From an uncultured Spirochaetota bacterium (lineage in GTDB: Bacteria > Spirochaetota > Spirochaetia > SZUA-6 > Fen-1364), in contig CAVTHO010000003.1 in the NCBI GenBank assembly GCA_963734545.1, positions 416,001 to 480,000 on the forward strand: DNA of 64,000 nt, in the 5' to 3' direction. The notes under the pieces are model-generated. The model was not told the DNA's origin, did no database searches, and saw only the letters and a program-made list of their open reading frames with translations. Position numbers and translations under genes: made by a program. Shown in pieces: positions 1 through 10,806 of the stretch (position 1 is the first letter of the stretch; the number at the start of each line of letters is the position of its first letter).

Positions 1-2167
1 CAGGATCCTCACCATGCTGACAAGGAGCTGCTGCGCGCGCGGATCGCTCGTGACCGGGAGCACCGAGCGCAGGGTCTCCTGGAGCTGCGGGTCCCTCTCT
101 CTCATCAGCGACCAGATGGCGGCGATGACGGAAGGCCGCAGGTCGTGGCGCAGGTCCCTCACCAGCGTGATCCGGTCGGTGGAGGCGAGGCGGGAGAGCA
201 CCTCCGAGAGGACGCGCGGAGCGTAGTCGTCCCCGAGCGCAAACAGGACGGCGGGCACACGGGCGATTGCCGCCGAGGACCCGCTGCGAAGCACGCGGTA
301 GAGAAACTCGGTCATGACGCTGCCGGTGACAGGGGCCGACCGCTCTGCAATGCGATGGATCGCGGAAATTGCGAGAAGCTTCTTGCTTTCCTCCAGCTCC
401 TCGTACACCTCGATCAGGGCGAGCGCAATGGCCATGTTCCCTTTCGATCCGAGCAGCTCGGCGAGCTTGGAGACGACCTCCGAATCGGTCTCCATGACCA
501 GGAGCTGGAGGATGGCGCGGAGCAGTCCGTCACCCAGCACCTCGTCCGCGGAGAGAGCATCGAGCAGGGCGAGCCGGATGTAGCGGTCGTTCTCGTGCAG
601 GAGGTTGATGAGCGTGGGCTCCATGGCCCCGAGCTCCTTCTCCTTCACGAGCTCGATTGCGGCAATGGCGAGGATCCGGTTGGACACGGGAGGCGTCATG
701 CTCTGCCCGGCACGCCTCGAGCGCCTGCTGCGGATCGACGGTGTGGAGGGCGAAAAGCGCGTTCTCGGCGAGGCGATAGAGCTTCGCCTCCCGCGCCCAC
801 TGGAACACGGAATAAAGCAGCTCCCGGGCACCCGGCCGGGGCGCGAGCCTCACCAGCGCGAGACACCGTTTGAGTCTCAGGACGACACGGTGCTTGTCGG
901 TCCTGGCGAGGGAGAGGTGGCGGATGAAAAGCGCGATCCCCGACCGGGTCGGGTTCTCCAGCAGCTCGCGCAGGACGCGGTACCCGTCGAAGTGGCTTCC
1001 CTCCAGCTTCACGGCGGACTCCTTGAGCGTACGGGCGCAGCGCTGACGCTCCGCGGAGCTCCCCCCCGTCTTGATGGACTGAAGAAAGGCCTTCTTCATC
1101 TCCTCGTCGTAGTAGAACTCCATGTACTCCCGGGCGCTGGCGATCTGCTGGCCGGTTTCGTGGGTGGTGTCGATATCCACCTCCCGGATCTCACGCAGGT
1201 CCTTGAAGAGCTGGGCGATGGTGTCCGGGAGTGCGGCGAGACGCGGCATCGGGGGAGGGGATGCGGCGGAGAGGAGCGCCGCCTCCATTGCGTCCACGGC
1301 CAGCAGCGCCTCCTCCTCCAGCGAGGCATCCGCCTCCACGTTCGCCGCGAGCAGAGCGCCCAGCTCGTCGAAGTGGGGGACCTGCGAGGCGCGGGACCCG
1401 ATGTGCCGGTAGCATTCCCGCCGAAGCGCGGAGCTCGCGTCTGCAAGCGATTCGAAGAAGATGCTGCGCGCCTCGGCTGTGGCGAGCGGCGCGGCAAGCG
1501 CGACCAGCGCAGCGCGCAGGGGCGCCGACAGACGCGTGTGGGACGGCTGGTAGGCGGCAAGCGTGGCCGCGGCAAGCGTGTCGTCCCGGGCGGCGGACTG
1601 GAACAGGTATTGGACGGCCTCGTGGTCCTGCGCGGCAAGAGCGAGCGCAGCCTCGGCGCCCCTGCGCGCCCGCAGCTGCAGGAGCACCTCGAGAGAGGCG
1701 GAGCGCACCGCCGGCTGCACCGTCTGCGAGCGGGACAGGGTTTCGGCGAGCTGATGCACTTCCGGGGCCTCCGGGGACAGCTCCGCGAGCGTCCGCAGGA
1801 GCTCCAGCTGGACGAGCTCCTCCCGCCGGGTGGCGAAAAGCTTCAGCAGGAGCGGGAGGGTCTCGGGAGCGGCTATTCTCCCCGAAACACGGACGGCTGC
1901 GCAAACGATTTCAGGGTCGGGATGGCTGAAAAGCCTCGAAATCCAGCCGAAGCTCCGGGGATCCCGAATGACGCCGAGCGCCTGCAGGGCCGAGATGACG
2001 ATCAGCGGCCGGGTGTCGAAGATATCGGCGCGAAGGATGTCGAGCGTGCGCGCATCCCGGCCGAAAGCACCCAGGATCTTGTGCGTCGTGAGGACGGCAT
2101 CCTCGTTCAAGTCACCGGGTGACACACGGGGAGGGGGATGATTTGGCGTGTCATTGCTGCTTGCCAC
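1..2167 (-). CDS. HEAT-repeat protein; frameshifted near 690 and running off the window start
   Basis: ORF 530..2167 has HEAT-like helical repeats (ISALQALG, IVCAAVRVSG, VRSASLEVL). Reading continues in another frame below about 700 (MTPPVSNRILAIAA..., IRLALLDALSA). Confidence 0.65.
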
Positions 2168-2353
2168 GGGACGGTTTCGGCCTTGTCACCAATGTACCAT
2201 GGCCGCTTCCTGCATGCAAACCCCGGTTCGGTGGAACGGCGGCGAGCGGGGGCAGCGGCGGCCCCGGAAGCGCTCCGGGAAGCCGGGGAAACAGCGCGGT
2301 TTTCAGGGCCTTGACCTCTTGCGGAGTGGCGCCCCGCGGACTACATTATAGAG

Positions 2354-4016
2354 GTGAGCATCCGACTGAAGATTATCCTCACCGTGGTGCCTCTCATCAT
2401 CGCCACCCTGACCCTGACGGGCATCTCGTCCTTCTTCTCCGCCACGAACGGCATCACCCGTATCGCAAAGGACTTCCTGGGCTTCAAGGCGGACGAGCTC
2501 GAGAACCAGGCGCAGAGCCAGTGGAGCCTCCTGGTGGAGAACAATCTCTCCGACAAGCCGGAGATGATCGGCGCCACCCAGGCCGCCATACAGCGGTTAC
2601 GCCCGGAGCATCATCCGGAGCCCCACGGAGGTGATCCTCGCGCTCGACAAAGACGGCAACATGTCCATGTCCACGGGGGACATCACCCTGCGGGCTGACG
2701 AGCTGCCCGGCGCTCCAGAAGCTGATCACGGCGAAAAACACGGAGCTGAACACGCTGCGCATCGGCGGGCAGGACCGGGTGACAAAGGGCTTCTGGTTCG
2801 ATCCGTTCGGCTGGTACCTGATGGTGACGGAAGAGCGGAGCACCTTCTACAACCAGGTGAACGAGATCACGCGGCGGAGCGCCATCATCCTGGCGGCCGC
2901 CATCCTCCTGGCGGTGGCGCTCATGCTGCTCTTTCGCCGGCTACCTCACCCGCCCGCTGACCCGGGTTGCGGGCACGATGAAGAACATCATCGCCGACCA
3001 ATGACCTTTCCCAGCGCGTCATGGTGGAGTACAACGACGAGATCGGGGGTCTTGCGCAGACCTTCAATCTCATGGTGGGCGAGCTGGAGAGGGCGTACGG
3101 CCAGATCAAGAACTTCGCCTTCAAGGCGGTGCTCGCGCAGAAGCGCGAGCAGAAGATCAGGAACATTTTCCAGAGGTACGTGCCCAAGGAAGTGATCGAC
3201 CGGTTCTTCGCAAGTCCCGAATCCATGCTCGTGGGAGAGAACCGCGTCCTCTCCGTGCTGTTCTCCGACATCAGGAGCTTCACCACGATTTCGGAAGGAA
3301 TGGCGCCGGACGACCTGGTGGAATCGCTCAATCGCTACTTCAACGTCATGGTGGACATCATCATGGCCAGGCAGGGAATCGTGGACAAGTACATCGGGGA
3401 CGCGATCATGGCGTTCTTCGGCGCCCCGGTGAAGCACGAGGACGACGCCCTGCAGTCGGTGAAGGCAGGGCTGGAGATGAATGCAGGCCTCGCCGATTTC
3501 AACGCAAGACAGAAGGCGGCGGGCAAGCCGCAGTGGCAGATCGGGGTCGGGATCAACTTCGGAGAGGTCACGGTGGGGAACATCGGGACCGAGAAGAAGA
3601 TGGATTACACGGTCATCGGAGACATGGTGAACCTCGCTTCCCGTCTGGAAGGGCTTACCAAGCAGTATCACCAGCGCCTCATCATTTCCGAGACTCTGCA
3701 TGAAAAGGTGAAGGGGACGGTGCCCTGCCGCCTTCTCGACTCCGTGGCCGTCAAGGGAAAGACCAAAGGGGTGAAGATCTACTCCGCCAAGCTCGATCTG
3801 GAGCCAACGGAGCGCGAGGCCTGGGACATGCACAACGCCGCCATGGAGGACTACTACGGACGGCGCTTCGGCATGGCGGCGCATAAGTTCGAGGACGTGG
3901 GCCGCATGCTCCCGGATGACTTTGCCAGCAAGCTTTTACGCGCTCGATGCCTGCTGTACGAGAAGGAAGCGCCGGCCCCGGATTGGGACGGGGTCGAGGT
4001 CATGAAGAGCAAATAG
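2354..4016 (+). CDS. Membrane-bound class III adenylate cyclase with HAMP domain (split by apparent indels at about 2600, 2710, 2935 and 2995)
   Basis: N-terminal TM (IILTVVPLIIATL), second TM, HAMP (NDEIGGLAQTFNLMV), and catalytic motifs FSDIRSFT, DKYIGDAIMAFFG and DYTVIGDMVNLASRLE. Confidence 0.85.
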
Positions 4017-4019
4017 GAT

Positions 4020-6149
4020 ATGAGCGACCTACAATTCGATTCCGAGGCCGGGATTTCCAAGGAAGATCAGAAAGACGTCCTCCAGGAAATCGAGAACGTC
4101 GTTACAAAGAACAGGATCGTCACGACTCCCGAGGACTTCATCGTACGGGCGGACAAGCGCGGCGTGCTCTTCCCCGTCCTCGTCCTCGTCTCCGCCGTCG
4201 CTGCCCTCGGGATCGGCGTGGCGGCATTCTACTTCCTGTTCCAGCGCGGGGAGTCGCAGATCGCACGCGGCGCCGTGGGCACCATCACCGCTGAAGGTCA
4301 GCTCATCCAGGCGGTGCGGCGCGAGGCGAGCGGCAAGATACTGGAGAAGAACCAGGAGATCAACGCGATACAGGGCCGGCTTGCCGACATCGACAAACAG
4401 CGCCAGGACCTGCAGTCCAACATGGACAGCAAGGTCAGCCAGAGGGAGCAGGAGCTCCGGGCCCAGATGGCGTCGGCGCTGGAGTCGGAGAAGGAGCGGC
4501 TTCAGAAAGAGGGGCTTTCCAAGCAGGCCATCGCCCTGCGCATGCAGCAGCTCGAGGCCCAGAGGGCCTCCCAGCTGCAGCGCGCAATGGAGGCATACCG
4601 GAAAGAGGCGGAAACGTCGAGGCTCCAGGCGGAGAAGAATCTCCAGACCATGCAGCAGGAATACACGGCCAGTCTCACCAAGGCCAACACAGAACGGCAG
4701 CAGGCCCTGGCGGATGCGCAGAAGAGGGAGCAGGAGCTGAGGGGACAGTTTGCGCAGAAGACGCAGTCCCTGGAGTCCGCGAGCGCCCAGGCCACGCAGG
4801 CCCTGAACACCCTTATCGCCCAGCGTGAGAAGGAAGACCTCGTCACCGGCCAGCTCGTCGGCCTGTACACGGGGGTCCGTGACCAGATTGCTCACGGGGA
4901 CTACACCGGCGCCCTGGCGAGCCTGCAGTCCCTGAGAGAGTTCGTCAATCGGCCCGATGTCGTCGTCCTGCCCGCGCTGGCCAAGCGGCACGATGTAGAC
5001 CTTTTCGTCATCGATTCCCTGTCGAACCTGGTGGAAACCGAGCTCGAGAAGGCGAAAAACGATACGGCCTCCCTGCTGGAAGCGGCCAATGAGATCACGG
5101 AGCTGAAGAAGAACGTCACCGACGCCCAGGAGATGCTCAAGGCGGGCAAGGTTGCGGAAGCGGAAAAGGCGTATGCGGATGCGCTCGAGGCAATTCCCGA
5201 GATCGCTGCAAGCTACGCGTATTTCGTGAACCGCGACAAGGAGGCTGAAGCGGCCCGGCAGGCGCGGCTTGCACAGGCCCTGGACAAGGCCGAGGCGGCA
5301 TTCAAGGCCGGCAATCTCACCGCGGCCGCGGCTTCGTACCGCTCGGCCCTGACATACCTGCCGGCAAGCTCCGACCGGCTGGACAGGATCGTCGCGAACA
5401 TTGAAGCCGCGGGAAACATAGAAGGCTTCCAGCGTCTCAGCCAGTCACAGTCGAATTCGGCGGAGGGATTGCTCGCCCAGGCAGACGCGCAGCGCAAACA
5501 GGGCAGGTTCGAGGATGCGCTGGGCGGCTACCTGAACCTGCTCGGCCAGTACCCGATGGCCGTGCAGAAGAATGACGCGTTGAAGGGCATCCAGGCCGCC
5601 TCAAAGGGCTTGAACGACAATGCCGCGGCTGCCGCTGCCGCGAAGTCGAAAGACGACATCGCAAAGCTCCAGGCGCAGATCGATTCGATGAAAACGGAGC
5701 TGCAGAGGGTCACGATACTCGCAAACAACGGCCAGATCTCCGAGCAGCGCCTCAAGGAGATGCAGGATCGGTACGCCGCCATGCTGAAATCCTATAATGA
5801 CTACGTCAGCAAGGAAGACGCGGTGCTCAAGGATCCGAAGCTCAAGTCGAAGGGTGACGCGGCCCTGATGAACACCAAGCCGTACCTCGACACTTTCTTC
5901 CGCTCGGCAGCCGTCAGGGACGCGTTCCCGGATCTCTCCGAGCGGATCAAGAAATACGATCTGGGCTTCCAGTCCGCGGGCAGGTCGGATGCGTTCCAGG
6001 ACGCCATCTCGGTGGTGATCAACTTCGCGCAGAAGACCACTCAGGCGCAGAGGCGCGAATTCCTTCAGCAGCAGCGCGAGTTGTACAAGAATGACGATGA
6101 CATGAAGGCGCTCCTGCAGGAAATGGACCAGAGGCTGGCGAGCCGATAG
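4020..6149 (+). CDS. Membrane-anchored coiled-coil/TPR protein
   Basis: 709-aa ORF 3 nt after the cyclase stop. Single TM (VLVLVSAVAALGIGVAAFYFLF), long Q/E/K/A-rich coiled coil, TPR-like helices (AEKAYADAL, AAASYRSAL, ALGGYLNLL). Confidence 0.75.
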   Translation: MSDLQFDSEAGISKEDQKDVLQEIENVVTKNRIVTTPEDFIVRADKRGVLFPVLVLVSAVAALGIGVAAFYFLFQRGESQIARGAVGTITAEGQLIQAVRREASGKILEKNQEINAIQGRLADIDKQRQDLQSNMDSKVSQREQELRAQMASALESEKERLQKEGLSKQAIALRMQQLEAQRASQLQRAMEAYRKEAETSRLQAEKNLQTMQQEYTASLTKANTERQQALADAQKREQELRGQFAQKTQSLESASAQATQALNTLIAQREKEDLVTGQLVGLYTGVRDQIAHGDYTGALASLQSLREFVNRPDVVVLPALAKRHDVDLFVIDSLSNLVETELEKAKNDTASLLEAANEITELKKNVTDAQEMLKAGKVAEAEKAYADALEAIPEIAASYAYFVNRDKEAEAARQARLAQALDKAEAAFKAGNLTAAAASYRSALTYLPASSDRLDRIVANIEAAGNIEGFQRLSQSQSNSAEGLLAQADAQRKQGRFEDALGGYLNLLGQYPMAVQKNDALKGIQAASKGLNDNAAAAAAAKSKDDIAKLQAQIDSMKTELQRVTILANNGQISEQRLKEMQDRYAAMLKSYNDYVSKEDAVLKDPKLKSKGDAALMNTKPYLDTFFRSAAVRDAFPDLSERIKKYDLGFQSAGRSDAFQDAISVVINFAQKTTQAQRREFLQQQRELYKNDDDMKALLQEMDQRLASR

Positions 6150-6235
6150 GGCGCCGCGGTACCCCGCGGATTCTGGCGCCGCGGTACCCCGCGGATTCTG
6201 GCGCCGCGGTACCCCGCGGATTCTGGCGCCGCGGT
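6150..6235. repeat. 25-bp tandem repeat GGCGCCGCGGTACCCCGCGGATTCT, 3 full copies plus an 11-bp partial
   Basis: Read directly. It fills the whole gap between two convergent stop codons, and each unit holds a CCGCGG-TACC-CCGCGG hairpin. Confidence 0.95.
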
Positions 6236-7293
6236 CAGCCTTCCAAACCTCGCAGTTTGGCGGTCGGAATGGCGTACACGCGGAATGCCCAGGCCTCGCG
6301 CGGGAAATCCAGGGACAGCGAGAAAAACACGTACGGCGTCGTCCCGACGTATGCCTCGTAGCAGAATTGCAGGGCGCCGAGGCCGACGGAAAGCTTTTCC
6401 GCGCCGCCGGAATCGTAGATTCGAAGAGTCGCGTCTTCCGTCGAGATGAGATCCCCGTTGCTGAGCACGGCGTCGATGCGATGGGTGACGCCGTTCAGGG
6501 GAAAGGTAGATGATCCATCCGTGCGGGACCAGATCCAATTGCCGCCCGAGTTGTAGCCGAAGTAGCTCCACACGTTATCCGCGCTTCGATAGTAGAGCAT
6601 GCGGTTGATGCCGGCAGGCAGAGTCGCCGTGCGATAAATCGCGCCCGTCCCGAACGAGGACCCTGAGAGTGACGCATCGATTTCCGACCAGCTCGACCCG
6701 CTCGTGAAAAGGAAATTGAATCTGTCGTAGGGCGCGGCGACGAGGGGCAGACACTGGACCCCCGCTGCAGTCTGGCTTCCGTAAACGGAATTGAGAAAAA
6801 CCTGGCCGGCAGCCGTGAATGTGCCGGTTGCAAGATCCGCCGTGAGAAGCTGATAGGTGCTTCCGGATGCTGTTCCATCCAGGTGAAAGGCAACGATATT
6901 CGCCGTCGTCGTGGTTTCTATCACGTCGTACTCGTTCATGGGATAGTTCGAGTCGGCGCCTGCAAGCGAAAAGCCCTGGCGGAAATCCGCAATTCTTATG
7001 TTCCCGCCCGACTCCTTGAAAGCAAAGCACAGGCTCTCTCTGCCGGTGCTCCGGGATACGAGAAAGCCGGATCCGACGCCGAGCGAGTCGATGCTGGTGG
7101 TGGCGGAAGTCGGCTTCAAGGGCAGGAACTTCATTTCCGTGGTCTCGTTGCCGTCGGGACTCTTGATTGGCCCGAAGGTGCCGAGCAGGATCATCTGGCG
7201 CGCCAGCCCGGCGGAGGAGTTCAGCTCGGCGCTGTACGGCGGCGCGCAGGAGACGATCGCAAGAGAGAGGACGAGCAGTGAGTATGGTTTCAT
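6235..7293 (-). CDS. Hypothetical lipoprotein (beta-rich)
   Basis: Start MKPYSLLVLSLAIVSC with lipobox Cys; S/T/G-rich, beta-strand-like mature part. Confidence 0.7.
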   Translation of the reverse strand: MKPYSLLVLSLAIVSCAPPYSAELNSSAGLARQMILLGTFGPIKSPDGNETTEMKFLPLKPTSATTSIDSLGVGSGFLVSRSTGRESLCFAFKESGGNIRIADFRQGFSLAGADSNYPMNEYDVIETTTTANIVAFHLDGTASGSTYQLLTADLATGTFTAAGQVFLNSVYGSQTAAGVQCLPLVAAPYDRFNFLFTSGSSWSEIDASLSGSSFGTGAIYRTATLPAGINRMLYYRSADNVWSYFGYNSGGNWIWSRTDGSSTFPLNGVTHRIDAVLSNGDLISTEDATLRIYDSGGAEKLSVGLGALQFCYEAYVGTTPYVFFSLSLDFPREAWAFRVYAIPTAKLRGLEG

Positions 7294-8547
7294 AGCGTCC
7301 ACCGTAGACCGAAGCGGATCTCGACTGGGTTGAGGGCCCACGACGGCGGGAAAATGACATAGGGGAAGGTACCGTTGTTGTCGACGCCAAAATAGGCTTT
7401 AAACACCTCCGGCTCGGGAGTGGAATAGAGGGTCGGCGCGTATTCGATGAACGCGTGAAAGCTGCCGCCGAGCGCGAACTCCCATCCGGCGACAGCCTGG
7501 ATCCCCCAGGGCATGAGGTGATCGTAGGTGAACGAGCCGTTTGGCGGGAGAGTGACCCGAAGAAGAGGTCCGGCACCCGCGTAGAACCGGGTGGCGCTGT
7601 CTTCCGGGCTCACGTACCACCCGAGGAGCAGGGTGATCTGTGACAGGGGAAGGCTTGCCAGGGGCTGGTCCTGGTTGAATGCAATGCCGACGCGAAAAGT
7701 CGTGAACCCCAATCGTATGAAGCCCGGGAATATTGGAATTGCCCAGGTGGCCGAGACTCCCGGAAAAAAGCCGTCCAGGACTGCGGCGTCGAGGTACAGC
7801 CAGGGAGACTTGACCTGGTTCACGGTCATTTCAGTCTGCCCGTTCAGGTAAAATGCCATTCGAGTCGGCACGTAGCCCACCAGGGTTGCGCGCAGAGAAT
7901 AAGGCGCCGGCGAGGGAAGCTCTACCGCGGCCGTCCCGTCGGGACCCGCGGTGAGCGGCTTGACGGACAGGCCGGTGATCAGCGGTGCCCGGATGCGCGC
8001 GAAGCGTGAGGGTCAAGGGGGCAGGAGGGCCGCGCGAATAGGCGAGCGGATCCAGCGCGGGATATTTTTTGGCCACCGGCGAAACGATGTCGTCCCAGTG
8101 CTCACGGGAGATATTCATCATGGGAAATGACTCATGACGCGACGTGGTGAAGTCGAGGGTCCCGATGTCGTAGATGAGGTCGTACGAAAGAACACGAATC
8201 GAAGGTGCGAAGCCGAATCCGGATATCTTCACCCAGAGCCAGCAGTCCGCTCCCGCATCCCGCGCCACCTTGTTACGGTCTTTTGTCGAGCCGGGAAACA
8301 CCTTTGACAGCCCATACGCGACGGGTGAGGGTCCCCCCTGCGCCGCGCTGATGGCGGTGAGGAGGGATCGCTGCAGGATGGCCATGTCTTCGCTCGAGTA
8401 ACCCGTGAGCCAGGTCTTTTCCAGGGCAACGAGGATACGCCGCGGCGCATTCTGATCCGGAGGCGCCGGTTCCTCGGCAAAAATGCTGCCTTGCGCCGCG
8501 AGAAGAAGGCAGGCCATCACAATCCCGGATGCGCACTTTTTGTTCAT
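7290..8547 (-). CDS. Secreted protein with probable C-terminal outer-membrane beta-barrel (frameshift near 7985)
   Basis: Signal peptide MNKKCASGIVMACLLLAAQGSIFA. ORFs 7831..8562 and 7290..7880 join with one indel. The C-terminus has alternating strands ending EIRFGLRWTL. Confidence 0.6.
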
Positions 8548-8552
8548 GGGGC

Positions 8553-9536
8553 CTACCACCATGCGGTGTACTTCGTGAGGACCAGACTCTTCATGTTGAA
8601 CCCGTAAAAATCGCCTCCGGAGAGCCGATACGCGTACCGGATGTCCTGCTGCCTGACCGAGTAGAGGCTTTTTTCAATGGTGCCGTCAGCGGGATCGATA
8701 CGGACGAACCGGGAAGAGCCCTTGTCATACGCAATGACGGCTCGGTCTGCAAAGCCGATGCTGTCTCTCTCTATCTGATCCCTGGCCGGGGCCGTGTCGA
8801 GGAGGTTGGCAGGCACCGTGCCGTTGGCGACGTCTAATTTGGAAAGCGTCACAAAATAGCGCCTGACATCGTCCTGGCTCCCGTCGCCCTGACTGACCAC
8901 AATGACGACATTGCCCGTCTTGTTGCCGTCGTCGAGCACGGCGTTGACTTGAAAGTTGGACATGCTGGATGAGAGCGTCGGCGTATACGTGGTTCCACCG
9001 GCCCAGGCGGCCGTATAACGCATGTAGGACAGCGTATTGGAACCGCCGGGGCAATAAATGCCGGTGATGTTGTAAAGGGTACCGGCATTGTCGACGACAA
9101 AGCCGTCATTCCCCATGGCGCCGTTGTTGCTGACATTGGGGCTCCCGGGAGTAGGGACCGTCAGGTCGGCATTGAGGAGTGTGCCCCCCGCGTTTATCTT
9201 GCCGTTGCTGTCCGCCATGACGCCGGCCCCCGCGGGCGCCGTTGCGCCGGTCAGTGAAAGCTTCAGATTCAGGTCCAGGTCGTAAAAGAATATGGAGTTT
9301 CCGGAGAGCGGCGTGGAACCCTCCACCACGACATAGGCGTAGCCACCCGCCTCCACGACGCGTACGGCGAATGACTGTCCGAAGCCGGAATCGATACCCT
9401 CGACCTTCACCTGGGCCTTCGCGAGCATCAGGGTGGTGGGAAAGACCGAACCGAATATGAACTGGAGCACCTCGCAGGAGCCGAGGAAGAGCACGGCTGC
9501 GCAGAGAAGGATTGTCCTGAGGATTCTCATCGCCAT
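8553..9536 (-). CDS. Hypothetical lipoprotein (beta-rich, possibly propeller)
   Basis: MAMRILRTILLCAAVLFLGSC lipoprotein signal inside ORF 8553..10199; G/N/S/T-rich mature region. Confidence 0.7.
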   Translation of the reverse strand: MAMRILRTILLCAAVLFLGSCEVLQFIFGSVFPTTLMLAKAQVKVEGIDSGFGQSFAVRVVEAGGYAYVVVEGSTPLSGNSIFFYDLDLNLKLSLTGATAPAGAGVMADSNGKINAGGTLLNADLTVPTPGSPNVSNNGAMGNDGFVVDNAGTLYNITGIYCPGGSNTLSYMRYTAAWAGGTTYTPTLSSSMSNFQVNAVLDDGNKTGNVVIVVSQGDGSQDDVRRYFVTLSKLDVANGTVPANLLDTAPARDQIERDSIGFADRAVIAYDKGSSRFVRIDPADGTIEKSLYSVRQQDIRYAYRLSGGDFYGFNMKSLVLTKYTAWW

Positions 9537-10747
9537 GGCAGTACCACCCCGAGCGTGACAGGTATCCCGAGCGGTCCCCCGGCGATAAAATTGGTGCCCA
9601 GGACATTGGTGCCGAGACCAAGCCCGACTTTCGCCTGGATCCTGAGCAGCAGCGTCAGGCCCCAGACGCGATATTCCACCCAGATGTTCAGCGGGTTGAC
9701 GTAGACATCCGTGTAGACGGGAAGCGACGTGCCGGGAACCCAGGTGAGTATGGCGCCGAAACCCGCGGAAATTCCCAGCCTGAACGCTGATTCCGGTGGC
9801 CAGATGAGATAGAGACCTGCAAGCAGCTCCGAATCGCTGTGGAGCGGCAGGCTCGCATCCGGGACAAAGGGGATCTGCGCATAGAGATACTCGGAAAAGC
9901 CGAGCATGACCCAGTTGGGGACCGGATACCAGCGCATTGTCGCTCCGGCCCCTTCGAGCTGGCCCGTGGTCCAGTTGATTTCCAGGGCCCAGGTGTCCTT
10001 GATCGGAATGGGCGCGAGCGCGATCTCGGGCGACGCGTGGATGGTCTGCCAGACCGTGTGATATCCTTCCCGCCGCTTCTCCAGCCGAAGCACGGTCCCG
10101 GCCCTCACGCCGCCCGTGTGAAAGACGAGCGAGCCGCCCTGGATGCGGCCAATGCTTTGCTGGCCTTCCACCACGACCTCCAGCCCATCCTGCGGGCACG
10201 TGAAGGTGATCTCGTCCACCCTGACGCCAGCCTGGATGCTGATGAGCTTCGGTGCTGTCACAAAAATGACATTCTGCACGAGGTCCGCGATTTCCCTGTG
10301 CAGCAGGTTGTAGAAGCCCAGGTTGAAGCGCATCGTCTTCAGAAAGCCGGTAATCAGGGTGCCGTCCGCCACGTCATAGCACTGTACGGACACGAGGATG
10401 TCGTCCCTTTCCATCGAATAGGAGCCGATGACCGCCATGTCGGCGGTTGTGCTCCGCGCGACAGCAAGCGCCTGCGGGGCCTCCAGGACGCGCAGGGGAG
10501 GGACCTTGAGCCGGCCGGCTTCCCCGATCCACTGATCCTGGGGAATGAGGGTGAACCCGACGGCCCCGAACTCCTGCTCCACCGCCTCGCTGAGGGCAGC
10601 CTGGTTGTCCTTCTGGGCCCCTGCCAGGGGAGCAAGCGGAAAAACGACGACTGACTTTCCGCTGATCTGGCTCTCTTCGGACCAGCCAGACGGGACCGCG
10701 AGAATGAGAGGCAGAATCAGGAGAAGCAGTCTCCGTGAATCCCGCAT
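9527..10747 (-). CDS. Secreted protein with CsgG/TolB-N-like N-domain and probable C-terminal beta-barrel
   Basis: Signal peptide MRDSRRLLLLILPLILAVP. N-domain pattern VVVFPL...ADMAVIGSY...VSVQCYDV. C-terminal amphipathic strands ending PVTLGVVLPWR. Confidence 0.6.
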   Translation of the reverse strand: MRDSRRLLLLILPLILAVPSGWSEESQISGKSVVVFPLAPLAGAQKDNQAALSEAVEQEFGAVGFTLIPQDQWIGEAGRLKVPPLRVLEAPQALAVARSTTADMAVIGSYSMERDDILVSVQCYDVADGTLITGFLKTMRFNLGFYNLLHREIADLVQNVIFVTAPKLISIQAGVRVDEITFTCPQDGLEVVVEGQQSIGRIQGGSLVFHTGGVRAGTVLRLEKRREGYHTVWQTIHASPEIALAPIPIKDTWALEINWTTGQLEGAGATMRWYPVPNWVMLGFSEYLYAQIPFVPDASLPLHSDSELLAGLYLIWPPESAFRLGISAGFGAILTWVPGTSLPVYTDVYVNPLNIWVEYRVWGLTLLLRIQAKVGLGLGTNVLGTNFIAGGPLGIPVTLGVVLPWR

Positions 10748-10806
10748 GACACCAGTTCTGCGTGGAATATGGGAAAAAATCAAGTGTTGTTTGAAAAAAA
10801 ATCGGC

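Noticed and set aside
6150-6235. Possible CRISPR array
   Set aside because: The repeats are contiguous with no spacers, and no cas genes are present.
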